Below the pieces are notes generated by a model. That model had not been told where the DNA came from and ran no database searches. It saw only the letters and a program-made list of their open reading frames with translations. The position numbers were made by a program, and so were the translations under genes. Source: Squalus acanthias (taxonomy: Eukaryota). From it: a stretch of 64,000 nt of DNA. Of the stretch, positions 1 to 11,917 are shown piece by piece (position 1 is the stretch's first letter; each line of letters opens with the position of its first letter). Location of the stretch: NCBI GenBank assembly GCA_030390025.1, contig CM059436.1, positions 79,176,001 through 79,240,000 of the forward strand, read 5' to 3'.

Positions 1-30
1 GGGGCGCGTGGGGGCGGCGCGTGGGAGCAG

Positions 31-167
31 GGTGATCATTTCAACTTTTATCGCCAGTCAAAAACGGGTAATAGCGAATCTGCAGCCAATCGGGCAGGGT
101 GTAAAATGGGCTACCGATTCACTATCACCCCCTTTCTCATCTGGCGATAAAGGTTAAAGATACCGCC
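31..167. mobile_element. Short palindromic MITE-like element
   Basis: Arm AACTTTTATCGCCAG (43-57) pairs with CTGGCGATAAAGGTT (141-155) with 1 mismatch; further inner arm pairing. Confidence 0.55.
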
Positions 168-255
168 ATTGTGTTTAATTGGTTTTTGCAAAGTAACATT
201 GGCCAGTGATTCTTTTCCCCTTACCAATTTTCTTCCATTTCCTCCTTCCCTGAGA

Positions 256-482
256 GCACTGAATCTTTGGAATTCTCTACCCCAGAGGGCTGTGGATGCT
301 CAGTCGATGAGTACAGTCAAGACAGAGATCGATAGATGTTTGGGCAAAAAGGGAATCAAGGAATATGGGGATCGGGTGGGAAAGTGGAGTTGATGTAAAA
401 GTTCAGCCACGATCTTATTGAATGGCGGAGCAGGCTCGATGGGCTGTATGGCCTACTCCTGCTCCTATTTCTCATGGTCTTA
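256..482 (+). mobile_element. CR1 (HER1-like) LINE 3' end fragment
   Basis: Encodes CR1 ORF2 C-terminus LWNSLPQRAVDA...KTEIDR...GIKEYGDRVGKWS*, followed by the 3'UTR GAATGGCGGAGCAGGCTCGA...GGCCTACTCCTGCTCCTATTTC shared with many copies in the window. Confidence 0.9.
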
Positions 483-544
483 GCACTTGCTATAATACAA
501 CTCTGCAGGCGCCTTGACTTGGAATGTAGGCAGACAATTCAACC

Positions 545-795
545 ACGGGCAATCGTGCCTGATCCTGTCCCCGGCTGCCACTTCCAGCGGGCATTGCTGG
601 ACAGTGATCAGGAGCGGGTGCCCTGGCTGATTTTTCCCCCTCCTTAACCCGGCAGAGCTGAAACCATTGACGGTGTCTTCACCACTTCTTCAGCTGTGAA
701 GAAGCAGCGTGGATTTGGGTGGGCGAAAGCTGGGACCTTCCTGCACTGTAAGGTTCAGCTAATCACGAAATAAGCTCGCCAAATCATTGGGGGAA
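545..795 (-). mobile_element. Old tRNA-derived SINE-like repeat (degenerate)
   Basis: Reverse-complement resemblance to the copy at 56440-56790 and to fragments near 17810-17930 and 53230-53440. Confidence 0.4.
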
Positions 796-1686
796 AGCTC
801 TTTAAAAAAAAAAGCACCTCGCTTAGGTTGGCACGCTTCTAACCAATTAATATTCACTAGTTTGCCTCACGTCCTCATCTTGTGAATTCAGAAATTGACA
901 TGGTAACTGTAATATAATGCCAGTGGTATTTTTCAAGCTACTTCTGATTTCTTATCAAACTCAACACAAGCTCACAGCTGCAGTGTGCTACAATGAAAAT
1001 ATCAGAGCTTGTGAGGCGCTGAGCTTCCGCCCATCACTGCTCTGCCGAGGCGGTGTGAATAATGTGTGGTTTTGAATTTCGCTGTTTGCAAACATATTTT
1101 GTGGTGGGCAAATCAGTCTCAATATCATTTTAGGGGGTTAGCGTGGATGATCATCTAGTTCCGATTCAACATTATGATGTTCTGAGGAGAGGCGTCAAGT
1201 GTTTTGCACGGCAACTCAGGACTTGCAGCTGACTGCGTGTGGTTCAGCGTAATGCATGGACATTGCTCAGTCCAGCCCTGCTCTGCTGAATTCTAATATC
1301 AATGCTGGCGAGCACATGGGGGGGGGGGGGGGCGGAGGGCTGTTATTCAGGGCTATTGGCATCATATCTTGAAGTAAATGGAAATGGATATTATAGGCAC
1401 TGATGTTCCAGCAGATGCTAAGCGCTGTCTGATGATGTTCTGATACACGTACCATTTGACCCTCTGATGAGCAGGCTTCTGGACCTCCTGTCATTACAAG
1501 CTGGCAGTACTTCCTGCTTCTGAGGCTGCAGGCATGCTCTGGAACACAGCCTAATCGGATAGCATTATGATTTCTTGCAAATTGCAGTAGCAAAGTTTCA
1601 GGATGGCTGGCTCTCCTTTGCCTATATTTCCGCAACAAGCAGGGGCTAATCGAGTGTGATGTGAGGCTTATAATAAACCGCAGTGT

Positions 1687-1723
1687 CTTCTCTTAGGCAG
1701 TCCCTCGGAACCGAGGATGACTC
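1687..1723 (-). mobile_element. Ultra-short RTE-clade LINE 3' end with TSD
   Basis: Minus strand reads AGTCATCCTCGGTTCCGAGGGACTGCCTAAGAGAAG (RTE-type 3' stem-loop plus AAG tail). Flanked by ATAAACCGCAGTGT (1673-1686) and ATAGACCGCAGTGT (1724-1737). Confidence 0.7.
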
Positions 1724-1934
1724 ATAGACCGCAGTGTAAAGTTCTGGTCACAGCACTGAGGCAGTGGGGATCTGGAGTGCTGGACACTTTTCCACTTATC
1801 CATTTCTGAAAAGGCCACCGTGGCCCGAGCTTCAGGAGTCAGCCTCAACTGCAATTCCTGCCCGTGCTTGGGCCTGGAGCTGGTTTAACGCGGGAGGAGG
1901 AATTCCTACCCTGCGGCAGATCTTAAAACTGTTG

Positions 1935-2827
1935 GGGGGAAAAATTAGGTCGCGCCCCATTTGGGGCGCAAATATCGTCTGGACGCAAATATTAGCGCCT
2001 GGCGCTAATTATCGGCACTGACTGGAAACTTCACTTTTACCGCCCCGGGAGGTGAGTGGAGCGCTAAATCAGGCGCTGCACACCTGTCTTAAGGCGCAAA
2101 GGCCAAGGAGTGAGGCGCTAACTCAGAGCGCTGGCGAAGCTCATGTAATGTCAGTCAGCAATGGAACACACACACAATGGCACGGGCCAGTTCTTAAAGG
2201 GGATGGTTAATCTTGCTTTCCATCCACATCCTGTTCATTGCAGCCTTGAATCTCGGCCTGGAGAGACTTGCACATCAAATGTGCTGGAAAGAACAATGGA
2301 GAGTACCAGGCAAAGAGCTCAGAGTGCAGCTCCCACAGTCTCTGCTAAATCGATACAAGGAATGGCAAATCAAAATGAACCTGCAAAGTGCTGCTCAGTA
2401 CCCAAAACTCCTTCACACAACGTTGAATCTCTCCAGAAGTCTCTCCCTCTCTCTCTCAGAATGCGTAGTTCAAAAATGCCACCAACAATAAAAGACAGGA
2501 AGAGGCCCCCTTTAAATAGCGCCCCCCCCAGCCCCACAGCGATTGATAGCGTTCCAGTCTTCTGGTCGTTGGATGCGCCAGGCGGTAAGGCAGGGGGCGC
2601 CACTCAATTTCCGCTCCGGGGCGCCACAAGGGCGTTGCACCATGGAATGACGTCACAATCTGCGCGCGCAGGTGGTCGCAGCGGTAAAGTTTAGCGCCGC
2701 CGCACAATCTCTTGTTAAGTTCCCGAGCGGCGCAAACATCGCTGCGCCCGGGCGTTAGCGGCTTTGCGCCCCATTAGCGCCCTCTTAAGGCGCTAACGGG
2801 AGGCGCAACCAACTGAATTTTTACCCC
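1935..2827. mobile_element. Non-autonomous PIF/Harbinger DNA transposon, family A
   Basis: TIRs GGGGGAAAAATT...AATTTTTACCCC, TSD TTG/TTG, subterminal TAGCGCC/GGCGCTA repeats. Bases ~2320-2670 match the region 5' of the transposase at 38900-39270. Second copy at 34314-35555. Confidence 0.9.
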
Positions 2828-3159
2828 TTGCAATTTAAAGGGGACATCTTTTCTTTTCTTTGGGGGGAGAAAAAGAAAATGTTGTATTTCATTGAGTGCC
2901 GTCGGATTAATGTCATGGATGAACATCATTCACCAGTGGAGGTGCAGCTACAGCAAGTGGAGGAAAGGAAGGTCATCCTGTTTGCATCAGAAAAGCATAG
3001 CACAAAGAACTCAGTGCACTTTGTGAGATGAGGTGGTCAAAAGAGTGAACGCAGTCCTGTACTGGCAGATGAAAATAATGTCTGTCAGCCTTTGAGGAAA
3101 TTAGAAAGGCAAAACTACTAAGCACTTCCCTTGCTAAAATAAAACTAAACCTCTCCAAC

Positions 3160-3630
3160 TGTCTCTACTCCTTTACGATGCTCCTTAAAACCTATCTCTT
3201 TGACCAAGCTTTTGGTCAGCCATTCTAATAGCTCCTTAGTGTGGCTTGGTATCATTCACAGGATGTGGGCGTCGCTGGCAAGGCCAGCATTTATTGCCCA
3301 TTCCTAATTGCCCTTGAGAAGATGGTGGTGAGCCGCCTTCTTGAACCGCTGCAGTCCGTGTGGTGAAGGTACTCCCACAGTGCTGTTAGGGAGGAAGTTC
3401 CAGGATTTTGACCCAGCGACGATGAAGGAACAGCGATATATTTCCAAGTCAGGATAGTGTGTGACTTGGAGGGGAACTTGGAGGTGGTGGTGTTCCCATG
3501 CGCCTGCTGCCCTTGTCCTTCTAAGTGGTAGAGGTCGCGGGTTTGAGATACGCTGTTGAAGAAGCCGTGGTGAAATGCTGCCGTGCAGTTTTATTACATT
3601 AAAGGCGCTATATTAATGCAAGTTGTTGTT
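3160..3630 (+). mobile_element. L2 LINE 3' tail, interrupted by a CR1/Zenon-like insertion
   Basis: CTCCTTAAAACCTATCTCTTTGACCAAGCTTTTGGTC ... TTAAAGGCGCTATATTAATGCAAGTTGTTGTT matches the L2 tails at 19340, 26585 and 51100. Confidence 0.75.
3255..3585 (-). mobile_element. CR1-clade (Zenon-like) LINE 3' end
   Basis: Terminus GGGCAATAAATGCTGGCCTTGCCAGCGACGCCCACATCC on the minus strand; closely similar to the copies at 14462, 46015 and 48676. Confidence 0.85.
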
Positions 3631-4115
3631 ATATCAGTGCCACAAAGACTCTGTTGCAGCTTGACTGACACCGCCTGCAAAGCCCCCTGACAACCTTACA
3701 GTTCTTCCACAGATTCCCATACTGCCGTTGGGTAAACTTTGTAGCTGTCCCTAAAATCTGGAATTATTGTCACATCTAATTCTGTAAAGCTGCGCCCACA
3801 AAACAAACTTCCAAAATAAACCAAGGTGCATGGTGCAGGTTTATTGATTTGCATGTAAGTTGGATGCAGGGTATGCATGTGCTCTTCGAGCTTCCACCAG
3901 TGCTAAGCTATCTCCTCGCAGAACAAAGTGGCCTAAAACAAGACAACGGTGCATGGGAGGAGAGCCTCACCACTACAGATCCTTGAGCCAATTCAAGGAG
4001 TTAAGGTGACAACTCTGCAAATATGGGGTCAAAGGCCGTAGAGGGAGTAGGGGAGAGTGAAGCTGGAAGTCACCCCCGAGTTTTCATCCGGCGGGGTCTG
4101 TTACCACCTGTCGGT

Positions 4116-4803
4116 ACATAGAAACATAGAAGATAGGAGCAGCAGTCGGCCATTCGGCCCCTCAAGCCTGTTCCGCCATTTAATGAGATCATGGCTGATC
4201 ATCCGAATTTAGTACCCTGTCCCTGCTTTCTCCCCATATCCCTTGATCCCCTTAGCCTTAAGAAATATATCTAACTCCTTCTTGAATATATTTAATTAAT
4301 TGGCCTCAACTGCCTTCTGTGGTAGAGAATTCCACAGGTTCACCACTCTCTGGGTGAAGAAATTCCTCCTCATCTCAGTCCTAAATGGTTTACTCCTTAT
4401 CCTTAGACTGTGACCCCTGGTTCTGGACTCCCCCGCCATCGGGAACATCCTTCCTGCATCTAGTCTGTCTAGTCCTGTTAGAATTCTATAAGTTTCAATG
4501 AGATCCCCTCTCATTCTTCTAAACTCTAGCGAATATAAGCCCAATCGACCCAATCTCTCTTCATACGTCATTCCTGCCATCCCAGGTATCAGTCTGGTGA
4601 ATCTTCGCTGCACTCCCTCCATGGCAAGAACATCCTTCCTCAGATAAGGCGACCAAAACTGCACACAATACTCAAGGTGTGGTCTCACCAAGGCCCTGTA
4701 CAACTGCAGCAAGACATCCTTGCTCCTGTACTCGAATCCTCTCGCTATGAAGGCCAACATACCATTTGCCTTCTTAACCGCCTGCTCACCTGCATGCTTA
4801 CCT
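4116..4803 (-). mobile_element. CR1 (HER1-like) LINE, 5'-truncated ORF2 RT C-terminal region
   Basis: ORF 4296-4850 contains KANGMLAFIARG...LVRPHLEYCVQFWSPYL...RMRGDLIETY...FFTQRVVNLWNSLP, followed by the CR1 3'UTR and repeat tail. Confidence 0.95.
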
Positions 4804-5167
4804 TTGCCAAAGTTGATTTCCCCCACCCCGCCAAAGAAGTCAATTTCCATTTTTAATCATAGGGGATTCAGGGAGTTTTACCAATGATTTGGGATTCCCA
4901 TTCGGCAATTCTATCCCTTCAAAATGAGGCCCACTGGTTTATAGGAGCTGAATAAATCAAATTCAATTTTTATTGCATGAGGTTATTGAACTTTTACTGG
5001 GGTTTTGGGACCACATTCTGCGATTCCATCCATTTTTCTGTGACGATATCAAATCAGTGCCCTTGACCGGGATGCAAATATTATGGCCAGATAATCATCA
5101 AAAAGGATGTAAAAAGGATTTATTTGTCCAATTAGGTTTCCAAGTGTTATTTAAATGGAGAGAGACT

Positions 5168-5912
5168 ACAGAATGCTGCAGTACAGAGGGATCTGGCTGT
5201 CCTCGTACATGAAACACAAAAAGTTAGCATGCAGGTACAGCAAGTAATTAGGAAGGCAAATGGAATGTTGGCCTTTATTGCAAGGGGGATGGAATATAAA
5301 AGTAGGGAAGTCTTGCTACAACTGTACAGGACACTGGTGAGACCACACCTGGAGTACTGTGTACAGTTTTGGTCTCCTTATTTAAGGAGGGATATATTTG
5401 CATTGGAGGCAGTTCAGAGAAGGTTCACTAGGTTGATTCCTGGGATGAAGGGGTTGTCCTTTGAGGAAATGTTGAGCAGGTTGGGCCTATACTCATTGGA
5501 GTTCAGAAGAATGAGAGGTGATCTTATTGAAACATATAAGATTCTGAGGGGATTGACAGGGTGGATGCTGAGAGGATGTTTCCCCTAGTGGGGGAATCTA
5601 GAACTAGGGGGCATAGTTTCAGAATAAGGGGTTGCCCATTTAAGACAGAGATGAGGAGGAATTTCTTCTCTCAGAGGGTCGTGAATCTTTGGAATTCTCC
5701 ACCCCAGAGAGCTGTGGAGGCTGAGTCATTGAATATATTCAAGGCTGAGACAGACAAATTTTTGAACTACAGGGGAGTCAAGGGTTATGGGGAACAGGCA
5801 GAAAAGTGGAGTTGAGGCCAAGATCAGATCAGCCATGATCTTAGTGAATGGCGAAGCAGGCTCGAGGGGCCGAATGGCTTAATCCTGCTCCTATTTCTTA
5901 TGTTCTTATGTT
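5168..5912 (+). mobile_element. CR1 (HER1-like) LINE, 5'-truncated, frameshifted
   Basis: ORFs 5229-5588 and 5561-5815 give a continuous CR1 ORF2 C-terminus with one frameshift; tail (TTCTTATG)n. Confidence 0.95.
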
Positions 5913-7005
5913 CAAATAGCATTTTTAATACTGATGAGAAAAACCGAGTTCTTGCCTTCTCCGTTCCCGTAGTCTGCATGCAGACAGATGGTATTCTAAT
6001 TAGCCGTGTTACTATGTTACCAAGTCACATAAGATGATTCCCATCAGAAAGACTGTAATAGATTATCAGATTGCATCACCACCGTCAGGATCGCAAACTC
6101 CAGTTGAGATGTTTTGAGTTAGGTTCCATTTTAATTAGCACCGAGTTCAAGATTGATCAGGCGCGGCACCTCTGAGGGGCTTTTGCAGACATTCAAAGGA
6201 CTTATTTCTGCCCGCCAAGATTCAAGTGAGGGCGTCAGACTCTCCTCTAATTTGGCCCACTGCCGCGTCCTTCTAGTTCTGTGCCAATGCAGGAGCCTGA
6301 GCAACCGCCTCAGTGTGAATTGTACCGGTGCCAATGAGTGCAATACTTGCTAATCAAAGCTAACACGTCATCAGACGGAGGATATAGTCTACAAATTGTT
6401 TAGAAGTAAAGCTACAAGTTCAACGATAAACAGATTTAAGCCACAGCTGCTCATAATCATTCCTGCCTCTTTTAAAAAAATAAATGAGAAGGCCAATCCT
6501 GTCGCGACATAAAACGCTGAGGAAATAAAGCTTATTTGCATAGCATTGATCTGTTTAATATAGGCCAGTGTAAGCTGTTTCTTCTTCAAATCAATTTATA
6601 TAATTGAACTTGCAAATGTAGGCATCAGGTAGTGCCCTGCTCAGTGTGCTCATGTGAAATTCCCTCAAGCATTATTTTAATGCAGCCAATAACCTGTTTA
6701 AAGTAAACAGATTAGGGACTGTGTTGAAAGAGTGCACAAAGGAATTTTAAGCGTGGTCCCGTTATGCGGTGGAACATAAAGCAACAGAAATGGCTGTAGT
6801 TTTTTCTGTTGTTGCGTTGTTTAAAGATGCATTCTAATTCACTGGCATAAAATAGTGCCGATTCTTATAGCACACAACACAACAATGCAGCACTCACTGA
6901 TTTGGGTCCAGATGAAAAGTAGAACACAATCAGAAACAGAAAATTCTGCAAATATACATCAGGGTGAACATCTGTAAAAGAAAGAGGTTGACATTGCTGG
7001 TGAAC

Positions 7006-7710
7006 GACCCAACTCCACCGCCCCCCACCCCCCAACTCCCCCCAACCCGAGCTTTCTCCCCCCACCCCACCGCCCCCACCCCCCAACTCCCCCCAACCCG
7101 AGCTTTCCCCCCCACTCCCCAACTCCCCCCACCCCAGCTTGCCCCCCACCCCCCCAACTTCCCCCACCCCACCGCCCCCACCCCCCAACTCCCCCCAACC
7201 CGAGCTTTCCCCCCACTCCCCAATTCCCCCCACCCCACCGCCCCCACCCCCAACTCCCCCCACCCCACTGCCCCCACCCCCCAACTCCCCCCAACCCGAG
7301 CTTTCCCCCCACTCCCCAACTCCCCCCACCCCACCGCCCCCGCCCCCCAACTCCCCCCAACCCGAGCTTTCCCCCCACTCCCCAACTCCCCCCACCCCAC
7401 CGCCCCCGCCCCCCAACTCCCCCCAACCCGAGCTTTCCCCCCACCCCAGCTTGCCCCCCACTCCCCAACTCCCCCCACCCCACCGCCCCCGCCCCCCAAC
7501 TCCCCCCAACCCGAGCTTTCCCCCCCACCCCAGCTTGCCCCCCACCCCCCAACTCCCCCCACCCCACCGCCCCCACCCCCCCAACCCGAGCTTTCCCCCC
7601 ACTCCCCAGCTCCCCGCTCAGCCCCAGTCAGCTTCCCTGCTCCGCCCCCCTGCACCCCAGCGACCCCACCTCCAGATTCCACGCCCCCCCCCCCCCCCAC
7701 CCCACACCAC
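7006..7710. repeat. C-rich minisatellite (G-quadruplex-prone minus strand)
   Basis: Recurrent ~55-90 bp units built from CCCCCCAACCCGAGCTTTCCCCCC, AACTCCCCC and CCACCGCCCC. The overlapping Gly- and Pro-rich ORFs are artefacts of this repeat. Confidence 0.95.
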
Positions 7711-10028
7711 CCTCCAAAACATTAAGCTATCTTACTCTGCAGGTATTGGCTGACCTGCTGTGTACATTTCCACCATTTTGTTTTTTAGTTCTGATTCAGT
7801 GGGGGCAATTTTCACCTTACTGCTTCAGTGTAAAACTAGCTGGTTTTGGGCTCCGGTGGGAAGTTATTGAAAATTACTCCCTGCTAACACACCCACCCCT
7901 TCCCCCACATCATTAAACACCTAATGAAATATTCAGAAATCAAAAGCCCTTGATTTTTAATTATTCAGAGAGGAAGTTTTTTTTCCCACTAACGTCTATT
8001 CCTCATGTTTTAAAATTTCCAAACAAAGTTTGCCGTAAATTACTTGAATTTCCACAGAATACTATACTGATAATGGTTCGCACTCTGTTATCATATAATG
8101 CTACTATCTGGATTAACTGCTTCTGTTTAATGGCACACTCAATTCCTGCAAAAAGAGAGAAAGCTTTCGAGTTTCAAGCACAAAGGGTCATTCACAGGAG
8201 ACAGCACTGACAGAAATATTGGTTCCGATGCGACGTCCAACTGTAGTGACTCAGTGCAAAGAAACTTTGCAATTAAATTTCAAGCACATATCCAAAGGAA
8301 GAAGCGACTCATATAATGGTAGCTCAAGGTTGGCAGTGATGAGAAATCCGGCCGAGTTATATAACATCGAACAACCGAAAAGCAACTGCACCTGCGTAAA
8401 CCCGTCGGCAAAACAGAAAACAATGACCGCAGCCTCCAGTGGCATTCTTTAAATTGCCACCAAGGAGCACCCTTCGGTGGGTTTCTGAGCCTGGACTGTG
8501 TAAAACAACATTGATTTCATTTTGTTTTAATGTCAATAATAATCAGAGGGAAATCATTAAGAATAAGAACTGTGGGGACAAATGAAATCAATCTGTGAAC
8601 ATTAACAAAAGTCTCTCAAATCTCCGTTCCTCCTTAATATATATCCTTCCATGCGAGTCATACCCACAATGGGGAAGCCATTTTCCAGGGTTGGTTCATT
8701 GGGAAACAGGTGTAACACTGACTTCACCATCATATAACCGATGCAATGGTTAGCGCCAACCATTCCTTTCTTGTTCAAATGTTGTTTCTGTGCCAGCCCA
8801 ACTGGCTCCACAGGTTTCAGTACAGCAAATCCAAATGCCAAACCACATCTGCGCCTCTTTATTAAAAACAACCCTTTATTCATTCTTTTTTGTCTGAATT
8901 TTGTCCTCACCAAGTTGAGGTATTAAACAATAATTCAACGAAACACTGAAGACCCATTCCCGGAACTGTGTTAGCCCACAGTCACCTGTCTGCAGCTTTA
9001 CTTTGCTTGCTGTAAGAACCCAGTTAATGGCAGCCCTCACTCTGTTGGCGGAGCTGCTTTGTAAACATGGTGCCAACGCCGTCTTCAGAAGAGCAGAGAA
9101 CCAGGGCAAGAGCCAGCTGGGCTACCAGTAACAAACGTCAACGCAGCATCATTTTCTAAGCCACGGCCAGGCTGAGGGCTCATTTGCCCGTCCCAAAACA
9201 ATGCATTTTCCTGTTTCTTGGCCTACACTGATCTTCCTCTGACAGAAAATAAATTTGTGGCTTGCAAACGACTCTGCGCGCGTTAGATCGAGAACATGAA
9301 GGGAGGGGAAATTCCAAACACTGTTACGCTATTACCATCACTCCAGGCTGTGGCACCACACATCTTGCTTGTTTCATTAACTTTCCACTCCCACGTTAAC
9401 TCTCTGAACATAGTAAGAATCCTGGTCATCTTTCCAAGAGGGTCATTAATAACAATAAAGGCCATCATGAGTAGCAAACCCACACACTGGCAAGAAGAGT
9501 CAGAAGAAAGATAAAGCTAATAAAGTTGCATTAAGTAGAGAGATCTTGCCACTTACAATTCGATTAGACAGATTTGTTTAAACACAGACTATTTTGTAGT
9601 CATGGCAGCTGCCTTCCCCAACAATCTCAAGCAATCTTATATCCGCTTTTACACTGACATTCATTTAGCTTGGATTCCAGAAGATCAGCATCCGCGAGCA
9701 GGCTCCATGATTCACATTGTGAAACCTGGCTCTCTTATGCAGGCGGCCCAATCCTAAACCCAGTTCTGGTGTGTCCAATTCTGCGACTAGACTACGGGAC
9801 ACAAAGGGGTTCAGTTCGCTCCATGCACTATTTATGACATATGTGTGCTAAGCTTTTGCCTGCGCTATTTTAAATCAGATGCTAACGGGGAAACAGGCTA
9901 ATAATTGCGGTATAATAGTGCAGCCAGAAATTTATTGCAAAGGCATTAACTAGTGTATTAAAAATAGCACACAGAGGACATGAAACCCCACAGTCAATGA
10001 TCCTATTCCAGGTACTCCAGCTCCAGGT

Positions 10029-10529
10029 AGAGAGAGAGAGAGAGACACACACACACCCAAACAAACAAACACACATACACACCCAAACACAAACACACAC
10101 ACCCAAACAAACAAACACACACACACACCCAAACACGAACACACACACCTGGACATACAAACACACACACACCCAAACACGAACACACACACCCAAACAA
10201 ACAAACACACACACACACCCAAACACGAACACACACACCCAAACACAAACACACACACCCAAACACAAACACACACACCCAAACAAACAAACACACACAC
10301 ACACCCAAACACGAACACACACACCTGGACATACAAACACACACACACCCAAACACGAACACACACACCCAAACAAACAAACACACACACACCCAAACAC
10401 GAACACACACACCTGGACATACAAACACACACACACCCAAACACGAACACACACACCTGGACATACAAACACACACACACCCAAACACGAACACACACAC
10501 CTGGACATACAAACACACACACACACCCA
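10029..10529. repeat. Compound (AG)n/(CA)n microsatellite with higher-order units
   Basis: (CA)n runs interrupted by recurring CCCAAACACGAA, CCCAAACAAACAAA and CCTGGACATACAAA. Confidence 0.95.
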
Positions 10530-11325
10530 ATTTCAAGTCATCTGCTTCTACAGGTTGCTGTTTTATAACCTTCACTATTGACTCTCATTTACTTTACAGC
10601 GTTGCTGACGGCAATGAGTTGCTTTAAGGTAGGTGAGGTGGTGCTTCCCGCCCCTAGAGTGCCAGGACTCATCTGAAGGTGATGGTTTTCCTTTAGCTCT
10701 GACGGCAGCAATATGGGCGGAGTCCTGTAAACACTGCTCACAGCCAGTGCCAGCCGTCATTTCTTTTTCTGGAGACTTCTACTTGAAGTAGTTCTGTTCT
10801 ATAAAATGCCACATCGCTCCTGTCCACGAGCAAGAATTGCTCTGGTCACTACATGTAGTGCCATCACAAATCTACTTATGATCTGTAGAGTAGTTCTGTA
10901 AAAATCATAAGTACCTTCCTTTGGAAGACGTTTACAATTCAACTAGAAAAGTGAACAGAGGAAATCTTTGTAAACATATTTACGCTTTAGGACGTACAGA
11001 GGTCGTGAAAGGCGCTATATAAATGAAAGTTCTTTCTTTCTTGACAATGTTGCTGGTGGAAGATTTCCGATGGTTGTCAAGAGTTAGAGCATCATAAAGA
11101 TAGCATGAATATCTCCTCCAATAGTTTCTTATAGAATGCTTTTATGATTTATTAAAAAATGAGGAACATTGGCAATATTCCTGCTGTGTTTACAATGGTG
11201 CTAACACATAGGCTGGAATTTTCTTCACTTGGGCGGGTCCACTACTGGCAGTGGCTATGTTGGGTCGCGACCCCACTGCTGGCTCCATCCCACTGTTGAA
11301 AATGAACTAACCTTAAAGGGGCCTA

Positions 11326-11383
11326 TTAAGCCCGCCCAGTGCGTTACCTGGTCCAATGAGAGGGAGCGGGATTGGTGACGTCA
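11326..11383 (+). promoter_or_regulatory. Putative promoter of the Harbinger Myb gene (GC box, CCAAT, CRE)
   Basis: TTAAGCCCGCCCAG 11326-11339, CCAAT 11353-11357, TGACGTCA 11376-11383. The same ordered module recurs at 62565-62625. Confidence 0.45.
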
Positions 11384-11449
11384 TTCATGACGCGTTTTCA
11401 GCCGGGATCTTTAAAGGGACCACGGCCACATTACATTTGAAGCAGAATC

Positions 11450-11622
11450 TAACCCTTCACTCCCTGATTTTTGCAAGATAAGGGAGTGAAGTGTTATGGG
11501 GAGCGGGCAGGGAAGTGGCTTTGAGCCCAAGATCAACCATGATCTTATTGAATGGCGGAGCAGGCTTGAGGGGCCAGGTGGCCTATTCCTGCTCCTATTT
11601 CTTATGTTCTTATGCTCTTATA
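11450..11622 (+). mobile_element. CR1 3' end inserted inside the Harbinger element
   Basis: CR1 3'UTR plus (TTCTTATG)n tail; short inverted segment at the 5' junction. Confidence 0.85.
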
Positions 11623-11677
11623 TTCTAACATAGTGCTATCAGTGCTCTACAGCATTGGAGTGCTGCAAACACTGACA

Positions 11678-11917
11678 TTGACTGCACAGAGGCAGAGGGC
11701 TACACCCAGATTCTCCGATAACTCCCTCCATATGCTTATGGAGGGAGTCAGAGCATGCAGGGAGGTTCTCTTCCCTTCCCATGGGCAGAAGAGACCTCCC
11801 CAGGAGACCAAGACAGCCTGGTTGCAGATTCCAGAGGAGGGCACGAACAGGGATGTTATCAGGAGGGCCAGGCTGCAGTGCCGCAAATGTTTCAATGATC
11901 TCAGTAGATCAGGAAAT
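11678..11917 (+). pseudogene. Harbinger Myb/SANT-like DNA-binding protein exon (degenerate)
   Basis: RATPRFSDNSLHMLMEGVRACREVLFP...KTAWLQI...RRARLQCRKCFNDL is a Myb/SANT trihelix pattern. It ends at a degenerate GTTAGT donor; no ATG at the expected start. Confidence 0.8.

Noticed and set aside
2161..2694. 177-aa ORF with a similar ORF at 34419-34919
   Set aside because: Lies in Harbinger family A, antisense to the transposase leader. Starts and ends differ between copies and no domain is recognisable, so the similarity reflects repeat homology.
6865..7753. Long Gly/Trp-rich and Pro-rich ORFs (204-256 aa)
   Set aside because: Open on both strands only because the C-rich minisatellite lacks stop codons.
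9882..10581. CV-rich and HT-rich ORFs
   Set aside because: Translation of a (CA)n compound microsatellite.
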